64,000 nt of DNA from Nitrososphaeria archaeon (GTDB lineage Archaea > Thermoproteota > Nitrososphaeria > Nitrososphaerales > JAAOZN01): contig JARVJZ010000005.1 in NCBI GenBank assembly GCA_029775855.1, positions 1-64,000 of the forward strand, read 5' to 3'. The number at the start of each line of letters is the position of its first letter. The first letter of the stretch is position 1. The notes beneath the pieces are model-generated. The model had not been told where the DNA came from. It ran no database searches and saw only the letters and a program-made list of their open reading frames with translations. Shown piece by piece: positions 1-9,041 of this stretch. Position numbers and translations under genes: made by a program.

Positions 1-167
1 TGCCCATCCTCATGGTTGAGCAGAATGTTAGGAAAGCGCTGCAGATATCAGACTACACATATGTGCTAGGCTCAGGCAAATGCGTATACGAAGGCCCCTC
101 AGCTCAGCTACTCGAAGCAAAAGACTTCGGTAAAATCTTTTTGGGTATAGCTAAATCTTCATCCTAA
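1..167 (+). CDS. livF: Branched-chain amino acid ABC ATPase, C-terminal part (runs off window start)
   Basis: Frame from base 3 reads PILMVEQNVRKALQISDYTYVLGSGKCVYEG...IFLG, stop TAA 165-167; LxVEQN is the typical LivF C-terminal motif. Confidence 0.85.
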   Translation, partial: PILMVEQNVRKALQISDYTYVLGSGKCVYEGPSAQLLEAKDFGKIFLGIAKSSS

Positions 168-170
168 CAG

Positions 171-190
171 GCATAGAAGTCGGACTATGC
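171..190 (+). terminator. Possible hairpin/terminator after livF
   Basis: GCATAG-N8-CTATGC inverted repeat 3 nt after the stop, with a T-tract ~12 nt further. Confidence 0.25.
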
Positions 191-296
191 GCGCAAAAGA
201 TATTTTTTAACATCAAACCTATGATATCGAACAATTAACATAAAAATCACCTAATCTTAGCCATTATACTTTCACACACATATATCTTCTTCTATC

Positions 297-316
297 TTAC
301 TGTATCAAAACAGTAA
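297..316. promoter_or_regulatory. Palindromic operator candidate upstream of the cysteine hydrolase
   Basis: TTACTGT-N6-ACAGTAA perfect 7-bp inverted repeat ending 28 nt before ATG 345. Confidence 0.35.
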
Positions 317-344
317 AATGTGTGTTCATAAAAAATAGTGAACT

Positions 345-1046
345 ATGGGCAGCTTAACTGAGCATTTAGCTGAAGCTTGGAAGCAAGTGGAAGATAGGTG
401 TAGAAGCCACGGTAGGCCTGAGCGCCTTTTTAGAGTAGAAGCTGATAAGACTGCGTTGTTAGTGATAGATATGCAGAGAGCTTGGATGGAGCCAGGGTGG
501 GGATGGGGTGAATTGTTTATGAAGGCTAGGGATATCGTGCATAACATAAATCGATTAGCAAAAGTATGCAGGCTTAGGGGAGTACCAGTCATCTGGATCA
601 AGTCAGTGTATAAACGTGATGGAAGTGATGCAGGCCTATGGCCTCTGTTCAGACCTAAAAGTTTCAATGGAGACAAACTTACTCCGTTGGAGGGGCTGTC
701 TGATCCGCGTGGAACAGAGCTTTGGTCTGAACTTGATGTCGATGAAGAGAAGGATTTGGTGATTGTTAAGAAGAGGTTCAGCGCCTTCATCAAAGGCTCA
801 TCACGCTTAGATGCAGTTCTGAGGAAAATGGGGATTAACACCATCATTATAACTGGTATAGTTTCTAATGTTTGTTGCGAGAGCACAGCTAGGGACGCTA
901 TGATGCTAGGCTACAGAGTCATCTTTGTTAGCGATGCAACGGCTTCTCCTAATGAGTTGCTTCACCAAACTACGCTGATGAACATGAAGCTAATCTTCGC
1001 AGATGTCGCCACAACATCAGATGTTGTATCTGAACTCAACGGTTAG
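345..1046 (+). CDS. Isochorismatase-family cysteine hydrolase (amidase-like)
   Basis: ALLVIDMQ (Asp), KKRFSAF (Lys) and GIVSNVCCESTARDA (Cys) catalytic triad motifs. Confidence 0.9.
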   Translation: MGSLTEHLAEAWKQVEDRCRSHGRPERLFRVEADKTALLVIDMQRAWMEPGWGWGELFMKARDIVHNINRLAKVCRLRGVPVIWIKSVYKRDGSDAGLWPLFRPKSFNGDKLTPLEGLSDPRGTELWSELDVDEEKDLVIVKKRFSAFIKGSSRLDAVLRKMGINTIIITGIVSNVCCESTARDAMMLGYRVIFVSDATASPNELLHQTTLMNMKLIFADVATTSDVVSELNG

Positions 1047-1063
1047 GGGCGCAGAAAAATCAG

Positions 1064-1969
1064 CTATGTTCTTATTTCTTGCTTCACAAAAATGATGTAT
1101 GAAAGTAGGAAGCAGACTAACACCATTCCGATTAGCGCTATTATGTGAGACCAAATGAGGTTTATGCTCTGTAGAAGGGGGAGAGGATTTGGAATTACAT
1201 ACTGCAGCTCGCTTAGTGAGACAGGATTTAGGAATCTTGCTGTCGGTGTTAAAATGACAAGCACAGCCTCCAAGTATAGTACGCTTGGCGAGATTCTAGA
1301 GAGGTTCTGCTCTAAACTGATTCTTTCCAAGCTGCTTGGGTCTGGTATGAGGTTGGCTGCAACAAGAGATGCTATGGGTGTCCAGAAGAATGTGAAGAAA
1401 CCCCAGATTGCAAATCCAGCTATAGCTGAAGTGGAGGTGTGTGTAAATAGGATTGATAGGAGCTGTGAGAGCGCAAGCCAGCCTGCGATATAGAGGACGG
1501 TTAAGGCGCCGAAGACCACTAACCTAGCTAACTCATCCAAATTAGGCACTAGACCAACCCTTATCGCCAACCCACTCGCTATACCCAATATACCAAAGAT
1601 CGATAAGCCAACTATAGCCACACCTGAAAGGAACTTCCCGTTAACAACAGAATCTCTATGCACAGGGTTAGAAAGCAGCCTCACCAAAGTGTTCTTAGCC
1701 CTCTCCTTATTAATCGAATCAAAACCCAAAGCCACACCAAGCAGTGGACCAAAGTAAAGCGTAAAGAATAAGAAAGGTGGCAAAACACCAGTAGTAGCTC
1801 TAAAGAGCAGCAGAAAGCTCCTTTCAACCCTAGCTTGCACAAGCCCCTGTATGCCTAAGTAGGCTGCCGCTAATCCCGCAACATAGATTATGGCAAAGAA
1901 GAACCAGAACCTCTTTGTTCCGAGGTAGTCTGAAAGCTCTTTACCAGCCACTGTAAGTGTGCCTGTCAA
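1064..1969 (-). CDS. ABC-2 type transporter permease
   Basis: Multi-TM; GFDSINKERAKNTLVRLLSNPVHR..GKF motif; overlaps the ATPase stop. Confidence 0.85.
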   Translation of the reverse strand: MTGTLTVAGKELSDYLGTKRFWFFFAIIYVAGLAAAYLGIQGLVQARVERSFLLLFRATTGVLPPFLFFTLYFGPLLGVALGFDSINKERAKNTLVRLLSNPVHRDSVVNGKFLSGVAIVGLSIFGILGIASGLAIRVGLVPNLDELARLVVFGALTVLYIAGWLALSQLLSILFTHTSTSAIAGFAIWGFFTFFWTPIASLVAANLIPDPSSLERISLEQNLSRISPSVLYLEAVLVILTPTARFLNPVSLSELQYVIPNPLPLLQSINLIWSHIIALIGMVLVCFLLSYIIFVKQEIRT

Positions 1970-2904
1970 CTTTTCGATTCACCCTCAAAATATCTCGAGT
2001 ATATTTCGTCTAAAGCATACTCGTGGCTTCTAATCTGGGTAAGCGTGTATCCAGATGAAACTATGGCTTTAGCGACTTTACCGCGTATATCTGACCTACA
2101 TTCAATAGTTAAGGTTGAGCCAGATCTGCTTACTTTAACCACACCTTCAACTCTCCCTATGATCTCTTCTAGAGCTGGTGTAGCGTCTGGAACCTCCGCC
2201 TCAACTACATATTTGTCGCCAGCGATGACCTCTTTGCCTAAATGCTGTATGCTTCCCGAGGCGATAAGCCTTCCCTTCACGAAGATTCCGACTCTATCAC
2301 ACACCTTCTGAACTTGGTAGAGGAGGTGAGATGAAAGAAGCACAGTCTTACCTTTTTCCCTACTCTCCACTATCAAATTCAAGATGTGTCTCACTCCTTC
2401 TGGATCTATACCGGTGGTTGGTTCATCTAGCAGCATAAGCTTAGGGTCCTTAAGTAGCACATCCGCCATCCCAAGCCTCTGCTTCATCCCCTTGGAAAAT
2501 GTTGAAACCTTCTTGTCAACAGCATCGGATAAGCCTACATCCTCAAGCAGCTTTCTTATTCTGTCTTCAGCATCAACCATACTGATACCATTGAGCCTAG
2601 CGGTGTAAAGCAGGTTCTGTCTAGCAGTCATATCATCATAAAACCCCAAATTCTCAGGCAGATACCCTACTAGCCTCTTAAGCTTAAGAGGTTCACGAAG
2701 CGGGTTAAAGCCTAACACGCTTAACCTACCTGATGTAGGCTCTGTCAAACCCAGAAGCATCAGTATCGTTGTAGTCTTACCAGCCCCATTAGGGCCTAAG
2801 AAACCATAGATTTCACCTTGCTGCACCTCAAGGTTGAGCGAATCAACTGCTACCAAATCACCGTACTTCTTTGTTAGGTCAAAGGTTTGTATCGCTGGCT
2901 TCAT
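1966..2904 (-). CDS. ABC exporter ATP-binding protein
   Basis: Walker A GPNGAGKTT, signature FSKGMKQR, Walker B LLDEP, SSH. Confidence 0.95.
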   Translation of the reverse strand: MKPAIQTFDLTKKYGDLVAVDSLNLEVQQGEIYGFLGPNGAGKTTTILMLLGLTEPTSGRLSVLGFNPLREPLKLKRLVGYLPENLGFYDDMTARQNLLYTARLNGISMVDAEDRIRKLLEDVGLSDAVDKKVSTFSKGMKQRLGMADVLLKDPKLMLLDEPTTGIDPEGVRHILNLIVESREKGKTVLLSSHLLYQVQKVCDRVGIFVKGRLIASGSIQHLGKEVIAGDKYVVEAEVPDATPALEEIIGRVEGVVKVSRSGSTLTIECRSDIRGKVAKAIVSSGYTLTQIRSHEYALDEIYSRYFEGESKS

Positions 2905-2919
2905 ATATCACCGCCTAGA

Positions 2920-4077
2920 TTATCTTCGACCGAATCTGAGGAATATGAGGGCTAAAGCAACCGCAACAGCGGCAACCACAGCTAACCCGAGAGCAGTAAG
3001 CCCTGGTGGCGAGGTGACTGTTACCCTTATCTCAACCGTTTTCGAAACTCTGCTGCCGTAGGCTGAAAACGTCACCATATAATCTCCCGGAAGGGTGGTG
3101 CTTGAAGGCTTCACCTTTACACTGATCTGCTGGCTTGCTTCAGGCGCTAAGCTAGGTATCAGCGCAGGCTCAAAGGTTACGCTCCAGCCGCTGGGGTGAT
3201 TTGAGGAAATAGACACATCTCTTAGCGCTGATGTTCCAGTGTTCTTCGCTATAAGTGTTAGATAGGTTTCTTCGCCAGCCACAGCTTCTGCGCTTAACCT
3301 CTCATCCACAGTTGTCAAGGAGAGTGAATATGTGCCGGTTATCTCAACCGCCAGCTTAACACTACCTTCTGTCTTCGAGGAAGCCGCTGTGAGGGTTATG
3401 TTGTAGATTCCGGAGTCGGTTTTCGGAGGCGGGTTGACTGAAACCGTTATCGTCTTGCTTTCCCCAGCCTTTAAACTTAGGCTTGTAATCTGGCTGGTCT
3501 CAAACTGTGGGCGGAATGTAACAGTCCAACCTGCTGGCGGATTTGAGATCAACGTGAAGGTGTCATCTTCGCCGCCTGTGTTCTTCACGTTAACCGTGAA
3601 CTCGAAGTTTGTCCCACTTGGCCCGCTTAAAGTAGGGTAGACGGTTGTTAAAGATACTCCAGGAGGCGGTACTGGGGGAGCTGCGTATTCAACTGTGAGG
3701 TCTAATGTTGCTGCAACTCCTTGAATGCTGTACGCTACCACAGAGACTGTGTTGTTTCCTCTTGAGGCGTCTGCTGGAACGCTTACCTTCAAGCTGAGTT
3801 CGACGCTCTGCCCTGATTGAATATTCAGCTCCTTCACATTATACCCTTTGTAGGTAAGTGTGGTATCCCAGCCTTTTGGTGCATCTATTCTAAACGCAGC
3901 TTTGGTCGCTGGACCAAGGTTAGTGACGTTTACAGGTATGTAGAGGGTTGTAGCCCTATCTACTAATATGTGAGAGTAGACGCTTGTCAAAAGAATCTGT
4001 TGAGCCGTAGATGGCGCAATCTGAGAGGTTAAGACTAAGGTTAAAGCTAAGGCTAACAATAGATGATGTTTCAGCAT
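2920..4077 (-). CDS. Membrane-anchored protein with three NEW3/Ig-like domains
   Basis: Signal peptide, three repeats of NxG..P.GW..(T/S)...G.Y.(I/V)T, C-terminal TM plus RFGRR; SD AAGGTGAGG upstream. Confidence 0.8.
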   Translation of the reverse strand: MLKHHLLLALALTLVLTSQIAPSTAQQILLTSVYSHILVDRATTLYIPVNVTNLGPATKAAFRIDAPKGWDTTLTYKGYNVKELNIQSGQSVELSLKVSVPADASRGNNTVSVVAYSIQGVAATLDLTVEYAAPPVPPPGVSLTTVYPTLSGPSGTNFEFTVNVKNTGGEDDTFTLISNPPAGWTVTFRPQFETSQITSLSLKAGESKTITVSVNPPPKTDSGIYNITLTAASSKTEGSVKLAVEITGTYSLSLTTVDERLSAEAVAGEETYLTLIAKNTGTSALRDVSISSNHPSGWSVTFEPALIPSLAPEASQQISVKVKPSSTTLPGDYMVTFSAYGSRVSKTVEIRVTVTSPPGLTALGLAVVAAVAVALALIFLRFGRR

Positions 4078-4338
4078 GAAACCTCACCTTCCTTCCCTTA
4101 CCGCAACTGTTATTTTAAAGTTGTCTCTTATTTTGAGTGTTCTTTAGGACTCATGAAACTGGTATAAGTTGCCATAAAAAGCAAGATGCTTTTCTCTGCT
4201 CCAACTTATTATTTTTATCGAATCATTAACTTCTATCGAAGGTCTCGCATGTCTTACGTGTTCTGTGAAGAAAACAGCAGCATCCTGATTGATGCTCTGG
4301 AAGTATTTAATTGTAAAGCGCTTTAAGTCGCTTATATA

Positions 4339-4833
4339 TCATTGATGGCAGGTAGTTTTCTGACGGCTACTAGTCAAAAAACTTGGATTCGTCAGACGGA
4401 CTTCGTTTGGTTTAAAGAGGTCGTTGAGGCTTGATATGTTCTTGGGATTTCCCTTAGAAACTATTATTGCTGGAACTAGGTAAGCCAGTGCCCGCACACT
4501 AGTCGGGTCTATAACTCCCTTATCTATTGCCTCCCTTAACTCATAAATTGTGCCAACACCTAGGTAGAGGCCTCCGGACTTACTGAGTGATATCGATGTT
4601 AACAGCTGGCCAGCGCCGGCGAATGTTGCTTCCACATTTACATTTGTTGCCTCCTCGTATGTATTTATGATCTCCGTTCCAGGAAGCCTAGTCGCTACGC
4701 CCCAGAATATCTTTAAGGTCTTTTGAGGATTTGATGTAAAGTAGCTTCCCCCTAGAAAACCTAAGAGACCTGAAGACAAACCTACTAAAATAATTAACGT
4801 TATAGCAACCTTTCCCCGCATAAAATCTCTCAC
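4339..4833 (-). pseudogene. Truncated second ModA-like substrate-binding protein
   Basis: AYLVPAIIVSKGNPKNISSLNDL nearly matches TYLVPAIIVQKGNPLNISSLEDL of 6750..7595; similarity ends at ~aa 145 and the second lobe is missing. Confidence 0.7.
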
Positions 4834-5951
4834 ACCGCATTTAACTCGCTTACTTGCTCTCCTTCTAGCCTTAAGAGTTTGTTCTGCTTGATCAATTTTA
4901 CGCTATCTGCCTTAAACTGGACGTATACTCTGTCTCCCTCCTTGAAGGTGAATTCGTCTGGTGTGTTTAAGGCGGCATCTACTCTGAGTTTTATACCTGC
5001 GTCGATTGATACTCTTGCGACCGCGCCTATCTTGGATACTTCTGTGATTGTGCCTATGATTATGTTGCATCGGCAGTGCTGCCACTTCTTTACCAACTCA
5101 TTTTTATGTGATAAAATGATGTTTTGAGGCCTTAGAGCTAAAGCTACTTTTTCGCCTGGTTGGGTGTCTTCGGCTTTAACGTGTATGAGCGCTCCTTCCG
5201 CTTCTACGGTGGCTGTGTCTTCTTTAGATTCGACTACCACCCCTTCGAAGGTGTTGTATCCTAAGAACTCTGCTACGAATCTTGAGGCGGGCTCTTCGAA
5301 GACTTCTTCCTTAAGCCCTATCTGCTCTATCCTACCTCCGTTCATCACCGCCAAGTAGTCGCTAATTAGCTCTGCTTCAGAAAGGTCGTGGGTTACATAG
5401 ATCACGGGGATGCTTAATGTGTTGAGTATCTTGGAGATTAGCTCCTTCAACTCTTTGCGAAGCCTTTCCCTTGATAAGGGGTCCAAGGCTGCTAGAGGTT
5501 CATCGAGTAGGAGTACCTTTGGATTCACCGCTAAAGCTCTAGCTAAGGCTACCTTCTGCTTCTCTCCGCCGCTTAAACTTCTGACGTTTCTGTTGGCTAG
5601 ATTGTGTATGTTAAGCCAATTCATGATTTCTCTAGCCTTATTTAACCCATCCTTATTCTTTAACCCGAATGCAACATTCTCCTCGACGTTCAGATGGGGG
5701 AAGAGCACGTAGTCCTGTGGTACGTATCCGATTCTTCTCTTTTCAGGTGGCAGGTGAGTCGCGTCTATTTCACCTATCACTATCTTTCCCTGCTGCGGTC
5801 TGCGTAGGCCTGCGATACACTCTAAGAGTGTTGTTTTGCCTGAGCCGTTAGGCCCTACTATGGTTAGGCACTCCCCTCCTTTTACAGCAAAGTTTACGTC
5901 GCGTAGGGAGAAGCCGTCCAGCTTTATACTTAGATTTGAAACGCTTATCAT
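4830..5951 (-). CDS. modC: Molybdate/tungstate ABC ATPase with C-terminal TOBE domains
   Basis: GPNGSGKTT, LSGGEKQ, LLDEP, VTHD; TOBE-like C-terminus; operon context. Confidence 0.85.
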   Translation of the reverse strand: MISVSNLSIKLDGFSLRDVNFAVKGGECLTIVGPNGSGKTTLLECIAGLRRPQQGKIVIGEIDATHLPPEKRRIGYVPQDYVLFPHLNVEENVAFGLKNKDGLNKAREIMNWLNIHNLANRNVRSLSGGEKQKVALARALAVNPKVLLLDEPLAALDPLSRERLRKELKELISKILNTLSIPVIYVTHDLSEAELISDYLAVMNGGRIEQIGLKEEVFEEPASRFVAEFLGYNTFEGVVVESKEDTATVEAEGALIHVKAEDTQPGEKVALALRPQNIILSHKNELVKKWQHCRCNIIIGTITEVSKIGAVARVSIDAGIKLRVDAALNTPDEFTFKEGDRVYVQFKADSVKLIKQNKLLRLEGEQVSELNAV

Positions 5952-6742
5952 ACTGTGAGACCTCGTGTAAAGACTCTACGTGTTATTAAGAGGGTAGATA
6001 CGGTTAATGCTAAGAGTATGAGTATGATAGCCATCGCTTTCTCAAGGTCTGCAACAGCAAGGCTAAGGTACATAGCAATAGATAGTGTCTCGGTTTTAAA
6101 TCTGGTTGCGCCGGCTAGTGTTATTGTTGCTCCGAATTCACCCATAGCTCTAGCCCAACTCAGGACTGCTGCGCTAAATATTCCACCTTTGGCTAATGGT
6201 AATGTGACCCTTAAGAATGCTCTTGCCTCGCTTTCGCCTAATGTTCTTGCGATCTTTACATATCTTGGGTCGATACTCTCAAAGACCGGTTTCAGAAGCC
6301 TAACCGCGAGCACACTAACTACAGAGAACTGCGCCAGTATTATGCCCGGAACTTCAAAGACGAACTTTATGAGTGAATTGTTGATAAATATACCTATAGG
6401 TGTGTTTGTGAAGAAGATTAATAGGGCTGTGCCGAGCGCTACTGGGGGTAAAGCTATTGGGATATCGATTAATGTGTCGACTATGCTCTTGCCAGGGAAG
6501 TTTGCTTGAGAGAGCGCGTAGGCTGCTGGAGTAGCGATAATTAGCGCTATCGCTGTGGCTGTTGTAGCTGTGATTAGTGTTAGGATAATTGCGAATATAA
6601 CCTCATCTGAAAAAAACGCTAGTCCTAATTCTTGAGGGTTAGTGAAGATGCTTGTTGATACAACAACCGCCACTACAAAAAGTGAAAGAAATATTAGGCA
6701 ACCGTATGCCAGAGCTTTAAGCATACTCAACCTAAAGAGCAC
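5948..6742 (-). CDS. modB: Molybdate/tungstate ABC permease
   Basis: DIPIALPPVALG, EAA-like ARTLG, WARAMGEFGAT. Confidence 0.88.
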   Translation of the reverse strand: MLFRLSMLKALAYGCLIFLSLFVVAVVVSTSIFTNPQELGLAFFSDEVIFAIILTLITATTATAIALIIATPAAYALSQANFPGKSIVDTLIDIPIALPPVALGTALLIFFTNTPIGIFINNSLIKFVFEVPGIILAQFSVVSVLAVRLLKPVFESIDPRYVKIARTLGESEARAFLRVTLPLAKGGIFSAAVLSWARAMGEFGATITLAGATRFKTETLSIAMYLSLAVADLEKAMAIILILLALTVSTLLITRRVFTRGLTV

Positions 6743-6749
6743 CGGATCT

Positions 6750-7595
6750 TTAACCCACCACCAATTCTTCCACTACTGCATTTGGCGCGTGTTGTCTTGC
6801 TTCCTCCTCTGTAGCAAAGTATCCATACTTCGCCCAAATAGGAGCGGCATCTTTTGACGCTAGAAATTCGAGAAACTTCATAGCTAAATCTTTGTCCACA
6901 GCAAATACCGATACTCCGCCAGCAATATACCCAATCTTAGTTATCTTAGACGGTGTTATCCATATTCTCTCAGCTTTGTCTGGATACCAGTCTTTGAAGA
7001 CGTGCCAACCTAAAACTACGTCAACCGCCTTTGTTGGTATTAGGGATGCTGTTGCGTCGCAGCTCTGTGCATAGACAACTATGTTGTTTTTAACTTTCTC
7101 CCATAACCCATTCTTCTCTAAGAGTTCTTTTGCGTAAAGCCCGACGCATACTGATGCTGGGTCTGCGATACCTACTCGCAACCCGGGTCTAGCGAGGTCT
7201 TCTAGAGACGAGATGTTAAGTGGATTGCCTTTCTGAACGATTATTGCTGGCACTAGATATGTTAGCTTCTTTACTGTATTCAAATCTACTAGGTTTGACC
7301 TTGCAGCTTCAAGTAGATATTCTGGTGAGCCCGGTATGAATAGGTCGCCTATCTTTGTGATCTTCATTGCTGAGAGAACGCTTCCTGAGCCGCCTAGTTT
7401 AAGTTCAACTTTCACATTATATTTAGATTCAAATATTTTTGCCGTTTCCTCGTAGACAGGCTGCGCTGCCGCTCCAGCGAATACGATTAGTGATTTGTTT
7501 GATTTTGCGGGTTGGATTAATGGGTTTAGTGCTGACATAGCGATTGCCCCTATTATGAAGCTTGTTGCCAGCATCAAGTAAGTTCTTCTTTGCAA
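6750..7595 (-). CDS. modA: Molybdate/tungstate-binding protein
   Basis: N-terminal anchor, VFAGAA, GGSG, DLFIPGS, KGNPLNI.SLEDL, GIADP. Confidence 0.85.
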   Translation of the reverse strand: MQRRTYLMLATSFIIGAIAMSALNPLIQPAKSNKSLIVFAGAAAQPVYEETAKIFESKYNVKVELKLGGSGSVLSAMKITKIGDLFIPGSPEYLLEAARSNLVDLNTVKKLTYLVPAIIVQKGNPLNISSLEDLARPGLRVGIADPASVCVGLYAKELLEKNGLWEKVKNNIVVYAQSCDATASLIPTKAVDVVLGWHVFKDWYPDKAERIWITPSKITKIGYIAGGVSVFAVDKDLAMKFLEFLASKDAAPIWAKYGYFATEEEARQHAPNAVVEELVVG

Positions 7596-7698
7596 GGTAA
7601 TCCATTATGGATACATCTGCGCTTACTTTAAGTATTGCGGTAAACCTGTTTGTTTACTCTAATTGTATGACTTTTTGCGTTGAAGCTATGGGGTTTCG

Positions 7699-7932
7699 TT
7701 AACCTTCTGCCGCTATGAGGGTTATTGAAGAGCGTAAGTCTTTGAGCTTACGTATCTTAGATGTTATGATTTCTTTAACCTCTTCAAGCGATTTGGCTTC
7801 CACTTTGACGATAAAGTCATATATGCCGTATACTGATGTGGCTTCTACTACACCTTTTATCTTCCTCAGCTCCTCAAGGAATTCTTCTTCGACCTCAGGC
7901 TCCGTGTTTATAAGCACGTATGCTTTAGGCAT
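7699..7932 (-). CDS. Stand-alone Lrp/AsnC ligand-binding (RAM) domain protein
   Basis: MPKAYVLINTE...VYGIYDFIVKVEA...IRK...SITLI; probable start ATG 7932. Confidence 0.85.
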   Translation of the reverse strand: MPKAYVLINTEPEVEEEFLEELRKIKGVVEATSVYGIYDFIVKVEAKSLEEVKEIITSKIRKLKDLRSSITLIAAEG

Positions 7933-8006
7933 TAAGATCACACGTCTATGAACAGATTTCTTAAAGGCTCTTATTTAAACCTAGATGTCTTCTTTTAAAT
8001 CGTCCT

Positions 8007-8984
8007 CTAAATTTCAATAGATTGACCCATCTGTTTTTCTTGGGCTTTGTTGTATGCTAGTTTGGCTGCTGCTGCGTCTGCTACTCCTACACCAACGCTC
8101 TTCCAGAGTGTTATTTCTTCTTCGCTTTCTCTACCTTTTTTGCTGCCTGAGATGAGGTCTTTTAGTTCACACCATATATGTCTCTCATCTATAGCTCCCT
8201 CTTTTATCGGTATTATTATGTCTCCTGATTCGGACAAAGCTCCTTCTAGTGTGTCGACAACGATCTTAGAGCGCTTCACTGTTGTGGTGTCTAGTTCTCT
8301 TCCCTCTGGCCCAACCCAGCCTATGGATGCTATATGCACTCCTTTACTTAACCGTTCACCGTCAAATACAGGTTGCTTAGATGTTGTTGCCACTATCAGT
8401 ATGTCAGATGTCGAGGCGACTTCATCTGCTGAATTTAGGGTCGATGTTGTTAACCCAGTCTCCTCCTTTATCCGCTCTGCAAATCTTCGGCTCCTTTCTG
8501 GTATGAGGTCGTGCACATATACTCTTTTTGCGGGTCTAACTGTTAGAACACCTTTAAGCTGGAATTCTGCTTGCACGCCAGCGCCTACTACACCTATCGA
8601 ATCTATGGTTCTCCTCGCCAGGTAGTCTGCCGCTAAAGCCGTCATCGCAGCGGTCCTCATAGCTGTTAGATACTTGCCGTCAATAATAGCGAGGGGTAGA
8701 CCGCTCTCTGGGTCGATGAAGCATAGGATTGATGATATGGTTTCCAACCCCTTTGACGGATTATTAGGGTAGAATCCGACTATCTTGAGAGAGAGGCTTT
8801 TCATCCTCTGTAGGTAGGCTGGCATAAAGAGCATAGTCCCGTTATATTCAGGGACTTCAAGTAAAGTCCTTTTAGGGCTTTTTGCGCCTAAGTGTGCGAG
8901 CTCCAGAAAGGCTTCTTTTACAGCGTTTATCACATCCTTCATCTCCAAGATCTGCTTAAGCTCGCTTTGTGTAAGTATGAGCAT
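8007..8984 (-). CDS. Ornithine cyclodeaminase / mu-crystallin family (archaeal alanine dehydrogenase-like)
   Basis: MPAY..K.V..YPNNP, LTAMRTAA, GAGVQA, KSVG.GVAD. Confidence 0.9.
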   Translation of the reverse strand: MLILTQSELKQILEMKDVINAVKEAFLELAHLGAKSPKRTLLEVPEYNGTMLFMPAYLQRMKSLSLKIVGFYPNNPSKGLETISSILCFIDPESGLPLAIIDGKYLTAMRTAAMTALAADYLARRTIDSIGVVGAGVQAEFQLKGVLTVRPAKRVYVHDLIPERSRRFAERIKEETGLTTSTLNSADEVASTSDILIVATTSKQPVFDGERLSKGVHIASIGWVGPEGRELDTTTVKRSKIVVDTLEGALSESGDIIIPIKEGAIDERHIWCELKDLISGSKKGRESEEEITLWKSVGVGVADAAAAKLAYNKAQEKQMGQSIEI

Positions 8985-9041
8985 ATGATCTCAAATACTG
9001 TATGTGCACACATTTAAAGAGCTGGGTTACTCTAACTGTAT

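Noticed and set aside
7600-7612. ATCCAT-T-ATGGAT palindrome upstream of modA (also TTAAACGTTTAA at 10742-10753)
   Set aside because: 6-bp arms occur frequently by chance; no second instance or matching regulator
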